Positions 11,101 to 22,873 of a stretch of 64,000 nt of DNA are shown here, piece by piece. The DNA lies in NCBI GenBank assembly GCA_000708835.1, contig DF237413.1, positions 10,927 to 74,926 of the forward strand. Reading direction: 5' to 3'. Numbering within the stretch: the first letter of the stretch is position 1; every line of letters starts with the position of its first letter. The notes under the pieces are model-generated. The model did no database searches, was not told the origin of the DNA, and saw nothing but the letters and a program-made list of their open reading frames with translations. Made by a program: the position numbers and the translations under genes. The DNA is from Klebsormidium nitens. Lineage: Eukaryota; Plantae; Klebsormidiophyceae.

Positions 11101-14100
11101 TCCAATCTAAACGATGACTTCCTCAGAGGCTTCCAGCATTAGAAGCGGATCCAGAAAGTTGAAGATTCGTGCGCACTTGTAACTCGAGGGAAGAGGTCTA
11201 AATCCTTAACGACTTAAGATACGGCCACCAGAACTTAGTTGTTCGATGATGCTGAGCGGCGCAAACAGCTCCTTCGCAGAACTCCAAGAGGAGATCCCAT
11301 GAGTAAGCGCTTTAGTATTTAACCCTTTCGCTCCACAACTGCTTAACCGCAACTAATGCAGGGTCACTTTGAGCATGTCAGGTTAAGATTCAACATTACT
11401 TTACTTTGGCGGAATGCGAAATGGGCTTGTTCGGGACCCCGGTCGGCGCACTGTGGGTGGGTTTAACTGGTGCCCCATTGCTTGTAACACGGACTTGTTA
11501 GTGTGCACGCAATCACTCCTCGGCCTGTGAGGTTTACAGCTTCCTTCAAGAGCGACTTACGAGGAACTGTGAAAACGAATCTGCAGGTGTTGCTCAAAGC
11601 AAGTCAGCTTTGGTGCCTCTCTCCTCCGGGTACCAGTTGGCGTACTGCGCGTGGCGCTGCTTGAGGGCTTGGCGTCTACAAACAGCTCCGTCAGACCAGC
11701 ACAAACAATTGGCAGGAAAGATTGTGAACTGCGTGAAGCGTTTTTGGTGCCTCACTCCTCGGGGTACCAGTTGGCGTACTGCGCGTGGCGCTGCTTGCGG
11801 CGCTGCGCGTCTTGGTGCAGCTGGTCGTAGTGGCTTATGTGGTGCACGCGCAGCACCTCCGCGCGCTCCGCCATCAGCGCGCGCGTCTTGCGGTTCAGCG
11901 CGGGGGCGAACGTGCACTCCGCCAGCTTCGCCTCCTCCAGCTGCGTAAAACCGGGTTAACAACGGGGTTTAGTGGTCGATACTAGGGTCAATTGAGAAAT
12001 TGAGGAGATCTACAGCATTATTGAGACTGGGCTGTGCTTTGTCATTAGCGCGCGCTTTTTGCCGTTCAGCGCCTGCGCAAACGTGCACTCCGCCAGCTTC
12101 CCCTCCTCCAGCTGCGGAAACCGAATTAGCAGCCAGGTTTTAGAACGGATAACAGAACAACTTGAAATAGATTCAAAGAAGGAAAAGTACTCGGCTTTCT
12201 CAGCCAGCTTCATCCCCAAGGTGCAAGAAGATGTTAACAACGGATTTGCAACTGGATAATAGGGTGACTCACGTGGCTTCACAGAGATATCCAAAGCTGG
12301 CTTCGCTCTGCGAGCTTCGCCTCTCCTAGCTGTGCACCAAGTAGCAGCTCACTTGGTGAAAGAGCCTGAACATGGGGACCTCTTACGAAGCCCTCTTACA
12401 AGCACGCGGATTTGAAACCGTGCCGCCAAAAGCCTCACTCACCAGCCACTATTATAGCTAATTTCATGACCAGCTCAATGGACCGCAAATCAGATAGCAG
12501 CCGACCGTCTCGCTGTGACCCTTAGTCAAAGAAACAACGGGCTCGATGCTGGCGCGTCTCACATTGACATTACACAAGAAGGAGCAACCGTCTGCCTGAA
12601 GCTTAAGCTTCAATTCTGGCTAACGACGGTCTGCGACAGCAATTTCGCAAACATGAACGGGCAACGGTCAGGTATTACGACAGCCCTATTTTCGAAACGC
12701 AATCAGATTTCTCACCTGGCTTTTGAGCTCCGCCAGCTTCTTCTGCTTGTTTGTTGGCGCGGCCGCCAACCGGCTCCACGGAACGTCGTCGGGCCGTTTC
12801 ATTGACTTGGCCAGGTGGCTGCAAGGGAGAGGTCTGTCTTGAGTTTGCTCCGCAGGAGAAGAGGGCTTTGTTCCTTTCTCGGATGCTTTCCTCGACACTT
12901 TGCACACAGTCAAAGTCGAGCAAACAAGCAATTTATCCTCTCTTCCGCGTCTTCTTCGTAGTCCAAAGAATCAACAAAACACGACTCCAGCCATCGTTAG
13001 AAATAAACGGAAAGGCTGCCGAAAGCAGAACTTGCTCAACGTTCATCGTTGCCCTAGGTACTCGCGAAAGTTTCGCATGCAACTGTGAAGCGTACTGCGA
13101 AAAGCTGTAAAGGACGACTAACCACCGCACCAGATGCCGGACTTAAGCATCTCCTTGTGCGTCTTCTCGTTTCTGCTCTCCAGAATTCATTAAAACCTCT
13201 GAGCCCAAGATTCTACAACCTAAAGTCTTCGAACCCAAACTTTTTGAGTTCAGTCTTGGATTCTAAGAGTTGAACATGACGTCATCAAACCCAAAACCGC
13301 CGCATGCATCTCTTTGACCTCGAACTCTGCGAGCGTAAAATCTTCGGACCGAGAGCCCAGATACTCACAGATCTCCAAACCCCTCCATATTCCCAAAGAT
13401 CTGCAAAAATAGTAGATTTCCCGTCACCTGATCTCGGGCTTGAGCGTGAGTCCCTGCACTTCCTTTTGCGCCTCCTCCGCGCGCTTCTGCTCCGCCAGCT
13501 TGCGCCGCTGCTCCGCCTGGATCTTGCCCTCCACGTACAGCAGCTCGCCGTAGTTCTCGTACTCCTTGGCCGTGCGCCCGCGCATCATCTCCTCCGACTT
13601 CTGCACGGGGGGACAGAATAGGCAAATGTTGAACTGCTTTTGTTTTTCCCAAAGCCCCTCTAGCGTTGCTCCAATTCAGGAGCATATATTGATCTTCTAC
13701 CTCCTGGCCGTGCGGGTGCGCATCATCTCCTCCGATTTCTGCACGGGGCAGAGAATACTGAGACGTCACTGCATTAACTTGAATGCGAATGCCTCTAAAG
13801 CTCACTACGGTTAACGAAAGTTTGTAGTGCTCGCACTCTTGGGCTGTGCGACCTTACACCTTTTCCTTGGGGTTCTGCGTGTGGGGCAGACGAAGGCTGT
13901 AGTTTCTCATGAACATGTTGACCATACATCCCTACTCAGATGGTGCCTTCATGTGGTTTGCAGAAATAGCAGTCCAGCGTGGTTCTCGTGGCTCTTTCGG
14001 ATTTGAGGGCGTTCAAAGCGGAAGATACGCACTCCAGAACCGCGAATTGAGGTCGTTATAACATGGAAAAGAAGCAGTTCAGCGTTCGAACTCGGCCGTA

Positions 14101-17100
14101 CCTTGGAGATCTTGACCTTCTGCCGCCCGATCGCCTCCTGCTTGGCTTGCTCCAGCTTGCGCTTCTCCTCTTCCAGCTTCTGGTGCTGCCGCTCGCAGTC
14201 CTCGAAGAGACGCGAGTACACCGTACGCTGCACAATCCACACGGTGTGTAAAGACTTTGCCTTTACGAATTTGGCGACTAATAAGTTCTTCGGAGTGTGC
14301 TCTGTTGTGGGACGGGGCGTTCAGGGAACATCTTCCAAGTCAGCAAAGGCCTGGATTCACAGACTACTTTCGCATATGCAAACAGGTTCGTCCAGATCTG
14401 TATGATTGTAAATCAGTGGTGATGCACAACCAACATCATGCGTTTGATTGCTGAACAGGAAATTGTCCGTTGTTCAGCCGTTATGCCAGCCAAGCAACCT
14501 CACGTCGGCCCACATTGGTTTTGTTTGAAATGTGCGCATCTTCTAAAACACCATGCGGGGCCAAGGAAAAAGAAAGTAGTCACCAAGGAGAATAAAGTGT
14601 TAAGGTAGTCACCTCGGACGACTCATAGGACGGCGCGCTTATTGGCCTCGTCGGCTTCTCGGTTCCCTGCGCCCCCTTCCCCTTGGCCGCGCTCGCTTTC
14701 GTGGGGCGCGTGAGCCGGTCGTTTGGCGGCCGCTGAGTGCGCCCAGTTGAACCCACCGACCGCTGGGACACACTCTCGGTCACGGTCTTGACCTGCTCGG
14801 TGACCGTCTGCTCCTCCTTGGTGACTTCCTGATACTCAACGGTAGTCTCTTCGGTTGTTTCCTCGACGTTCTCGGAGACGCCGCCACGGGCTCTGCAAAA
14901 GGAGAGGCGAAAACGATGAAGCAGATTGCGTTACTCATAAAGATGTCTTGCACAACGATCCGGGCAATCTTGGTTGACGGCTATTCTGGATATTTCCAAA
15001 CCCCTTCGTATGCCTTCTGTCCGTTCTCGCCTCGTGTTTTTGGAATTGAACCTTTCCACAGTGTATCATTTCCGTGCAGACTTATAACTTTGGGAGTGGG
15101 AAAGCGCTCACTGCCTGTGCTCAATGGCTCAGCTCCATAACGCCCATTCACATCGTAAAGCTTAGACCAGAAACTTCACACAGAAAACAGGCACGCTGGG
15201 ATGCAGCTTATCCTCTCTGCTGATATTAACAAATTAACAACGAGCAGGAAGCTCGGGACTGCTGTGGAAATGCCGACTGAAGACCTGACGTCAGCACTGT
15301 CCTGAACTGTGCACAGTCTGTCCAGGACGTGCTCTGCGCCATCCCATCTTGGACTCGTCCCGCCCGTAAAAGTGGACCCCAAAGCTTATTATGCAACCCT
15401 TCTGATTCCGACACGCAAGATTACGTCAGCAAAAAAAAACCCTCTAGATCACCCACCCCAGCTGCAAAATGTTGTTGAGGCTTTGCTCCGTCAGCCCCCC
15501 GGAGCATTTGTCACCCGTGCCCCCCAAAAAAGTGGACCCCACACCCCACAAAAAACACGAAAGATCCAACACACAAGATGACGTGAGAAAGGACGATGCT
15601 CATCTGAGCTGCAAAGTGTTGTCGAGTTTATGCTTCGGCAGCAACTCCACCTCGAAGTCGTCGCAGGCAGCCCTTGTCACAAAAGTGGACCCCAAGAACT
15701 TACCAAGAAGATGATAGAACGGAAGACGTAAGATGACGTCAGACGACCCACCTGAGCTGCGCGATGTTGTCGAGGATATGCTCCGTCAGCGGCTCGATCA
15801 CGGAGTCCTCCAGCCCGTGTTCCGCACAGAACTGCACCGCCAGCGCGCGCGGCGAGTCGCCCTCGCGCATCTCGATGCGGTCCGCGCGCCCCTCCTCGAT
15901 CTCGACGGTGATCACCAGCTGGATCCGGCGCGCATCCGCGGGAGCCGCGTCTTCCGCATACTCTGTCTCTCCAATCTCTGCGTTTTCGCCTTCTTCCTGC
16001 TGCAACCCCTCTTCCTGCTGCAGCTCCTCACCCCCTTGAACCTCATCGCCCTCCCATGTTTCTCCGTTTTCCGGCTCGCCCTCCCCCTCCTGTTCCCCTT
16101 CCAGCTCCCCCCCGTCCATGTCCGTTTGTTCCTCTACGAACTCCCCCTCTGCCGCTGTTTCCTCTCCGAATGTCTCGTCGCCTCCCTCGTATTGCTCCTC
16201 GGCAGCCCCGTCCGTTTCGGTGTACACTTGAGTGTCCTCATTGTATTCCTGCTCTTCCTCAAAATACTCTCCCCCCTCGGCTTGCTCTGCTGTTTCCTCT
16301 TGATACTCGTACTGAGAAGAACCAACGGGAGATGCAACAAGGCGTCAGAAAGAGGACGAGCCAGCCTAAGAACGCTTTCGCCAGAGCATGTTGTCAAGGT
16401 TTCCAGTACCCAAATATACAGGTTGATGGCTGGCTGGCTGCCGCCCACGTTTGACACCACGGGCAGTTGACAAGTGCGAGCGGCAGGGACGCCTCAAATT
16501 GGAGGACCAGCAGATCGACCGGTTTCACAGTACTGAACTGTCAAGGAACACCGCGTGTCACGTTCCGTGTCAGACTGCAGCCTACCCATCCAAATTGAAA
16601 AAAGGAGAAGTGAAATAAACCCCAGTAAGTGAGTCATCTCAAGCACAGTGACAAAGTACGTGACAAAGAGTTTTACGTCGTCTCATTCAGAACGCAAAGT
16701 GCGGCACAACCCATGCTTTTCAACGTTCCAGGACCTACCTGCTCCTCTTCTGCTGCGGTTTGCTGCTGATCGGATTCATATTCAGCTGCAGAGAAACAGA
16801 TAACAGAGGCTGCCAAACGAGAGCCACAAGAAGGTATCTGCAACCAGTGTATTCCATGGCAACATGCATGTGAGGAGTTCCCGAGGCAGGTCATAGGAAG
16901 CAAAGCCAGCGGACTTTTGGGTGCATTTGATTCCACAGAACATATTAGAGGTCTTCCAATGAATCCATCTTACAGAAGATTCTTGTGACTACAGAAATCT
17001 CAGAACTTAGCCCGTGCCTGCTCAGGTGCACCAAATAATCTGAGACCAACCAAGGAACTTGCTTGTGAGATATCCTGACATGACCGAGAAAGCACGAAAA

Positions 17101-17313
17101 CCTGTCTACGCCCTCTCAAAGCTGTCAACAAGAATGGCCTGCCAGCGCTACTCCGTCATTGGGTTGCTCGGGCCCAGTATCACGTAAGAAACCCCTGGTA
17201 TGGGCGCTGTTTCGAGGTTGGTACTAAGCTTGGCCGTTACAACTAAAGCATTCAGACTCACCTGCCGGATCTGGAAAGGCCCCGAGGGCTGTGGCCACCA
17301 TAACGTCTGCCAT
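5183..17313 (-). CDS. Large uncharacterised protein: Glu-rich N-terminus, coiled coils, repeated [ED]xTFxP motifs, EF-hand-like segment, acidic C-terminus (~16 exons)
   Basis: Phase-compatible exon chain: MADVMVATALGAFPDPA (ATG 17313); 16738-16785; ~15753-16318 (…LVITVEIEEGRADRIEMREGDSPRALAVQFCAEHGL…); ~14611-14892; ~14102-14230; 13428-13600; ~12715-12817; 11756-11940 (AECTFAPALN); ~10684-10905 (LFDRLY…TGRTLFKPQIGRPP); ~9885-10082 (FQQIFKYLDKDK); ~9285-9430 (DGTVDL…FDKFTELM); ~8681-8802; ~7865-8018 (AECTFRPGIN); ~7100-7232; ~5899-6178; 5183-5467. The start exon is the least certain. Confidence 0.8.
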
Positions 17314-19054
17314 TTGAGCTGTAAATTCGGAGAAATGACCACTTTATGGCAGGGCAGGTACTATCAGCTTAAGTGGGTGCATTGGAGAGTTTTTCTTCTT
17401 TCTCCGTCACATTTCGACCAACAAAATCCCAATCGCATCCCCAATTATGCATGTCCAGATCCCGACGTTGGAAAGTTGCGTCCCATATCTCTTTCTTCTA
17501 CATGGGTTGATGACACTTTACCCCCATGCAGCCGCGCTTTCGACAAAAACGTCTCGGTGTCACTTTTGTCCAACCCCAACATGTCAACTGTCATGATTTC
17601 AACACAACACATAGTTGGTTCATGTGAGTTTGTGGCCTAACTCAAGCATACTAATAAGTACAGATTGTCACGTTCGATCTCTTCTCCAGGACGACAGTGT
17701 AAATTTCGGACCCGTTTAGTGCCCTAGACGGCCTGGTTGAGAGCACATGATCAAGCACTTCAAGCAGCGATTTGTAGAGTGCAAGCTGGAGAGATAGATC
17801 TCCCTCACCTTTCACTGTTTTGCTGAAGCTAAGTGCACAGTCTGCTCTCGTTTTATCGCTGCAACCTTAGGCCTCTCCAGGAGCCCGCCGCTTTCCGGCA
17901 CAGGGCTTCTTATCTTCGCAACTTGCAACCCTCTGGCGACTTAGCAACGCGCTCTGAGAAACCCTTGGTAGCCAAACCAACCCTCACAGAATATCCATGC
18001 TGCTTGTACGATCACCGCGGGCTCCTCCATAGAGCCGCCCGACTATCTTGCATTCTCTCCGCATTCTCTGCCACTGCAAGCACTCAAACATCTTCCCAAG
18101 AGATTCCTTGCCGACTCAGCATTGCAAAAACTTCCGAGAAAGGCGATCCAAGATCGCGTCAACCCTGCTTAGACTAGGTACCTGGTCTTCTCTCAAAAAG
18201 CAGGCCAGTCGACATTTACAAAATAAGACGGCGACTTTTCGCCTGATGCTGTGCACAGAATACGAGCATCTTTTGCCAATCGGTCAGCTGAAGTACAAGT
18301 ATAACCTCCAAGCAGCGTAGCTAGAGCCTGAGGTTGCCGCAGTCCGAACAGTGGCTGCCTTGTACAAATCCGATCCACTGGTACTAAAACCCGCTTTCAT
18401 GCACTGCTCTTTACTGGCTGGGCCAACCGTTCCGTAACATCGACGGGGTCGTGCGACGTCGAGTCGCGCGCGCAGAATGTCAAATATCTGATCATTCAAC
18501 CAATTAATTACGTCAGCCGGGCCTCGGCCCGCGCTGCCCGGCGAACCCGGCCGGCCCACTCGCGGCCGCCGCGGCGCCGCCCTTGCGCGGCCGCGCAACC
18601 AACTGTGCCATTACTGGTACTCGTGACAAATAGGGCTGCATTACCTCGTGAATTTGTCTCCTGGCGCCCTCTTAGGTACATGAAGCACTAACACCCAGCA
18701 AATCAACGAGAAAGCACTGGCTCCAAGTTTCGGTTAAGTCGATCACAGAAAAAGGTGCGCATTTAGTGAGGACATTCTGACATTCAATTGCAGCACGCCC
18801 TGGCGATATTCGCCAGGGACCAAAGATCAGGAACGCGGATGTAGGATGCCAAAACTGCAAAAGCTCTTGCTAGGCACGACTTAATAACCGTCGCTGACTC
18901 TGAAAGCATACACGAACCGGCGACGAACTTTGAAAGCACGCAAAAATGGACCAGAAAATGTTTGGAAGCTCGATTAAAAAGGGTCTCGAACAGATTGTTT
19001 TGGACCTTTTGCTATTAATGCCCCGACCTGAGAAGACCGCATCAAGACAACAGA

Positions 19055-21859
19055 TCATGCCGCCTTGACACCGGGTTCGTCCCTTCCACAACACCTGCAA
19101 ACGAGAAGAGCCGGGACTTTATGAGAACAAAGAAAGCCCCTCGCCGAATCCAAACATGTCGTTTGTCTGAGCTGGACGCAGTCAGATACCCTGAAATAAC
19201 GAACCTGCTTGTGAGCGATCGAAGCAGATTCTGAGGGCAATCAGCCCTGCAATGATGATGGAGATTTTCTCAGGTTCGACAATGATATGAAGTTATGTCA
19301 TCCAATTGAACTGACTCCAGGTTCGGGTGTCGGCCTGAAGTACATGATCAAGCCCATTCGTCACCGGTATGTGAGGGCCCGACCGACCTTATAATTATAT
19401 GTGTACATCAAGTATTCTTCTGAATTCAGGGTTCAGCACTCCCGTGAATTGCCGGCGGAAAGGATCGACCCTGTAAGTTGGCCTAAAAACAAGATCAAGC
19501 AGAGAACCGCCCTGAATTCCGCAGCCAAAAAAGATCAAGGAAAGACCGGAATTCCCACCGCTTGTATTTCTTCTTGGAGCCACAGGGACACAGGGCATTC
19601 CGTGGAACACGTGCAGCTTTTGGCGCGGGCTGTGCCGACTGAGTGGCGGGTCGGGGCGCGCCGGGACGAGGCAGCGTGCCCATGTTTTCAGCGGCAAACT
19701 TTTGCATCTGCAAGAATGATTAAATCTGCTTTCAAGGTGGTGTTCAATCCCGCTTCTGACGGCGACGTACTTGCAGCTTGTTGAGCTTTTAATGAGACGA
19801 TTGCCCCAGAGCTTCAAGACCGTCAGTCTTGGCTGCTTGCACGCACTGAGAGATCCTTAGAGAGATTGTCTACGTACAAGCTTGTAGTTCAAAGCAGTCT
19901 TGAAACGCTGAAAAACTTGGAGCACACAAAAAAAAGAGGCAACGGATGGAGGTCGGAGCAGGAAGAGAACTATTGCAATGCAGCCTAAGAAGTAAACAAG
20001 ATGCAGTAAAAGTGGTTGATGTTCTCCAGAAACTTTGAGGATTGCTTCCGATCAATCTGTTGAACCGCAGAGGGTTTTGACATACAGTCACGAAAATGCT
20101 AACCTCTTCGATCGTTTTAGGCATCGGCTTCCCTTCCCGCTTCATCTGCGCGAGCCTGTCGGACGTCTGCCTGGCTACGTCATACTGCGTCATCATGTCA
20201 TCCACGTCCTTCGGAGTCAGCCCCACCGACTCCGCAAGAGAAGCTTTCCTTGCTGCATTCAACTGTAAAAGAGGGGAACGAAGTGGCTTAGCTATCTGTA
20301 TCCAATACAGAGATGACACTATCAGATATGGAACCGCTTTGTGGACTGTCGAAAGCTGCTCGGTCTTTAGAGAAGTGTTCTTGGAACCAAGCATCCCTAA
20401 AGTAAACCTGTCCTTTTGACAAGCAGAAAGCTCAGAGGAGAAACGTTTGATTGAATTGGATCCAAAATTTTCCTTGCCCAAGCTTCCTCGTGTCCGGAGG
20501 ATCCCTTAAAGTACCAATTGTGAATCTTCTGCTGCTCGTCAGATGCAAATCTTCTAATGATCGGCACCTTCACTTCGTTTCGAAGTAAAATTGCTTCATA
20601 GATGGAAACTGCAAGCTGATAAATTGTGGTGGAATCGTCAACGACAAAGGAAAGCACAAATTCTCGAAGTGGAATTGGATCAGACAAGTACTCGGTGAAA
20701 ACAGCGCATCACTTTCGGCAGGACAAACCTACCTAGGTTGCTAAGCTGTGACTAACCTTTTGCAGATCTTGCTTCTCCTCTGCGCTCATGGCCCCCAGAA
20801 TCTTCTCTGAATTCTCAAAGAGCCGGAGCATTGCTCGCGCTTCAACTGACTGAGCCCGCCCCATCAGTTGACCAACGCCGGCAAAGCGGCGTGCCTGCTT
20901 GATCTGGGACTCAAATCCTGTGAACAGGGGAGACAGGTGTGCAACCAACCAATACTAACAAATTCGCAGATGTTGGCGCTTTCACCACTTCGTTCGTGAC
21001 AACGATACAGACTATGTGAGGCCGAACGAACTCTCAAATTCACGCAAGAGAAGGGGGCATCATAGAACTTGAAGGAACCAAGAACAAGGGTGCTGATATT
21101 TTTTTGGGGAAAGAGCTTACTCCGTTATAAGTAGTTTTTAACCAATGGTTTCTCCTGAAGATAAGGTCTGATCTGCTTCACACCAGATGGGGTACACAGT
21201 TCAGTAATAAAGAACCTCCTTTTCCTAGAATCAATGCAGAATGTTGCTTTCGTCGAAGGAAGGGAAGACCTCATGCTATCACTGTGACATAAGCTGTTCA
21301 GATATCAAGTGAAAAAGTCTGGTCGTCAGGCGACTAAGGGAAGGGGAAAAAGGATAGCCGTCTGAGACGCACGGAGTTTCAAAAGATGGAATAACGAGGT
21401 AAGGTTAGGAGCCTTACTTTCCAGCGTGAATGCCTCATCCTGCTTCTCTTCGTTCTTCTTCCCCATACCAAGCATCCCCTTCATACGCCCAAACCAGGAG
21501 CTTCCAGAAGTCGATGGCGCTGAACTACCATCCGCTGAGTCATCGCTTCGTTCGCTAGACGAAGATTGGGGCGCTGAGGTGGCGAACGAGTGGTGGTACG
21601 GTGGTGCGTGGTGGTATGGAAGTGCGCATGAAGTCGAAGAATCGAATGCACCAGAGAGTTTTGCGACTGGAGAGGGAGGAAAACCTCTCTCCTTGGAATG
21701 CTCCGAGCGGCCATCAAAAACTGATTGACTTCCTTTTGCATTCGGCCAGTTCCTTCTCAAAACTCTAGCTGCTGAAGTTTGTGGGTGGAGCGCCTCTTCA
21801 GCAGAATCCGCTGCTTCAGCTCCACAGGGACCCTGCCTTTCCAAAGAGTACGCCATCAT
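19055..21859 (-). CDS. SRP54 M-domain-like / SEC-C motif protein, probably organelle-targeted (similar to the plant At3g04950-type family, from memory)
   Basis: Five phase-compatible exons: …WFGRMKGMLG…AFTLE|RFESQIKQARRFAG…EKILGAMSAEEKQDLQK|LNAARKASLAESVGLTPKDVDDMMTQY…|…RNALCPCGSKKKYKR|CCGRDEPGVKAA*. The C-terminus is a canonical SEC-C zinc motif. The start could lie at a more upstream Met. Confidence 0.8.
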
Positions 21860-22873
21860 GAGCAAACTGTGAAGTAGATGCCGAGAGGAAGTCGGTCCTG
21901 TAATCATACCACCCTCATCTGTTCCTGCCATCGATCCACCAGCTTCACATGACATCGTCACCAAGCCCCTTTCATCCTGTAATGCTGGCCAGTTCCTGAC
22001 TCCAGCCACATCAAGCACCCATACCCTGAAGATTGCGGTTCTGCTTGCGCTGCAAATGGAGCTCAGCCGGTGTGGTGTAATCGAAAGCATGGCGAAGTCA
22101 ATTCAGCAGCGCAATCAGGAGCTTTATGCCCGCACTTCCGGACTAAAGCGGTCCTGTGCTTCTTCTACCCTTTTCGATGCTTCAGGGGATCAAAAAGGCA
22201 TTGTCATTGATGAGGATGTATGGAATGGAAGAATACAAGACCTGTCACGAATCACCACCATGGCATGTGGCATCAACTGATGAAGGGCCACCAATCAAAC
22301 TTGCAGGCCACGAATTGGACAGGTCTATTTCTAGGGTCTCAAATTGGGACTAGGATCTGGTTAACATTTAACCGTCACAGCGTATGCTGTGCACAATCGC
22401 GCCGAGGTTTGTCTCAAAAGCCTCCTTTGCAAACCCACCTCAGTTAGAACAGAACCAGCTTCGAAATGGGGCAACTGTCACATGAGGTGCCTGCAGAAAC
22501 TTTGCGCAGATCTCACATGGGACTTCAGCTTCTCTATCTTGGCGCCTTAATTGGCAACCTTCAGGCTTCATCAAAGTTGGTGCATAAGGTGCATAGTAAG
22601 ACGTTTAATAGGGTAGCCCATAAAGTCCCACGGAAGAGCAGACGCATCTGTTGTGCGTCGTCGACAGGAGCTCTTTGGATGCAAAGCATCTAGCTGATTG
22701 CTGAAAGAATGGACAGTAAATACGCAGTCTGGGGGCATCGATTATAATTAGCAGGAGAGGATTGGAAGAGGATTAAACGAATGCTCATTGCGAAAGCAGT
22801 ATTCACACGGAACCACCTCGACGAGTAAGTAGTTACACAGGGCAGGGCAATACAAGAACGAAGAGTCGGCACA

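Noticed and set aside
6915-15790. Short direct repeats as a CRISPR array
   Set aside because: The context is eukaryotic, the repeats are degenerate copies of local exon ends without constant repeat/unique spacer structure, and there are no cas genes.
15733-16470. 245-aa plus-strand ORF
   Set aside because: It is the antisense shadow of the Glu-rich minus-strand exon; its Leu/Phe/Pro richness is the expected complement of GAG/GAA codons.
17833-18600. Short ORFs and a GC-rich island upstream of the large minus-strand gene
   Set aside because: There is no coherent exon chain or domain. It is probably promoter/UTR sequence, but no specific element can be supported.
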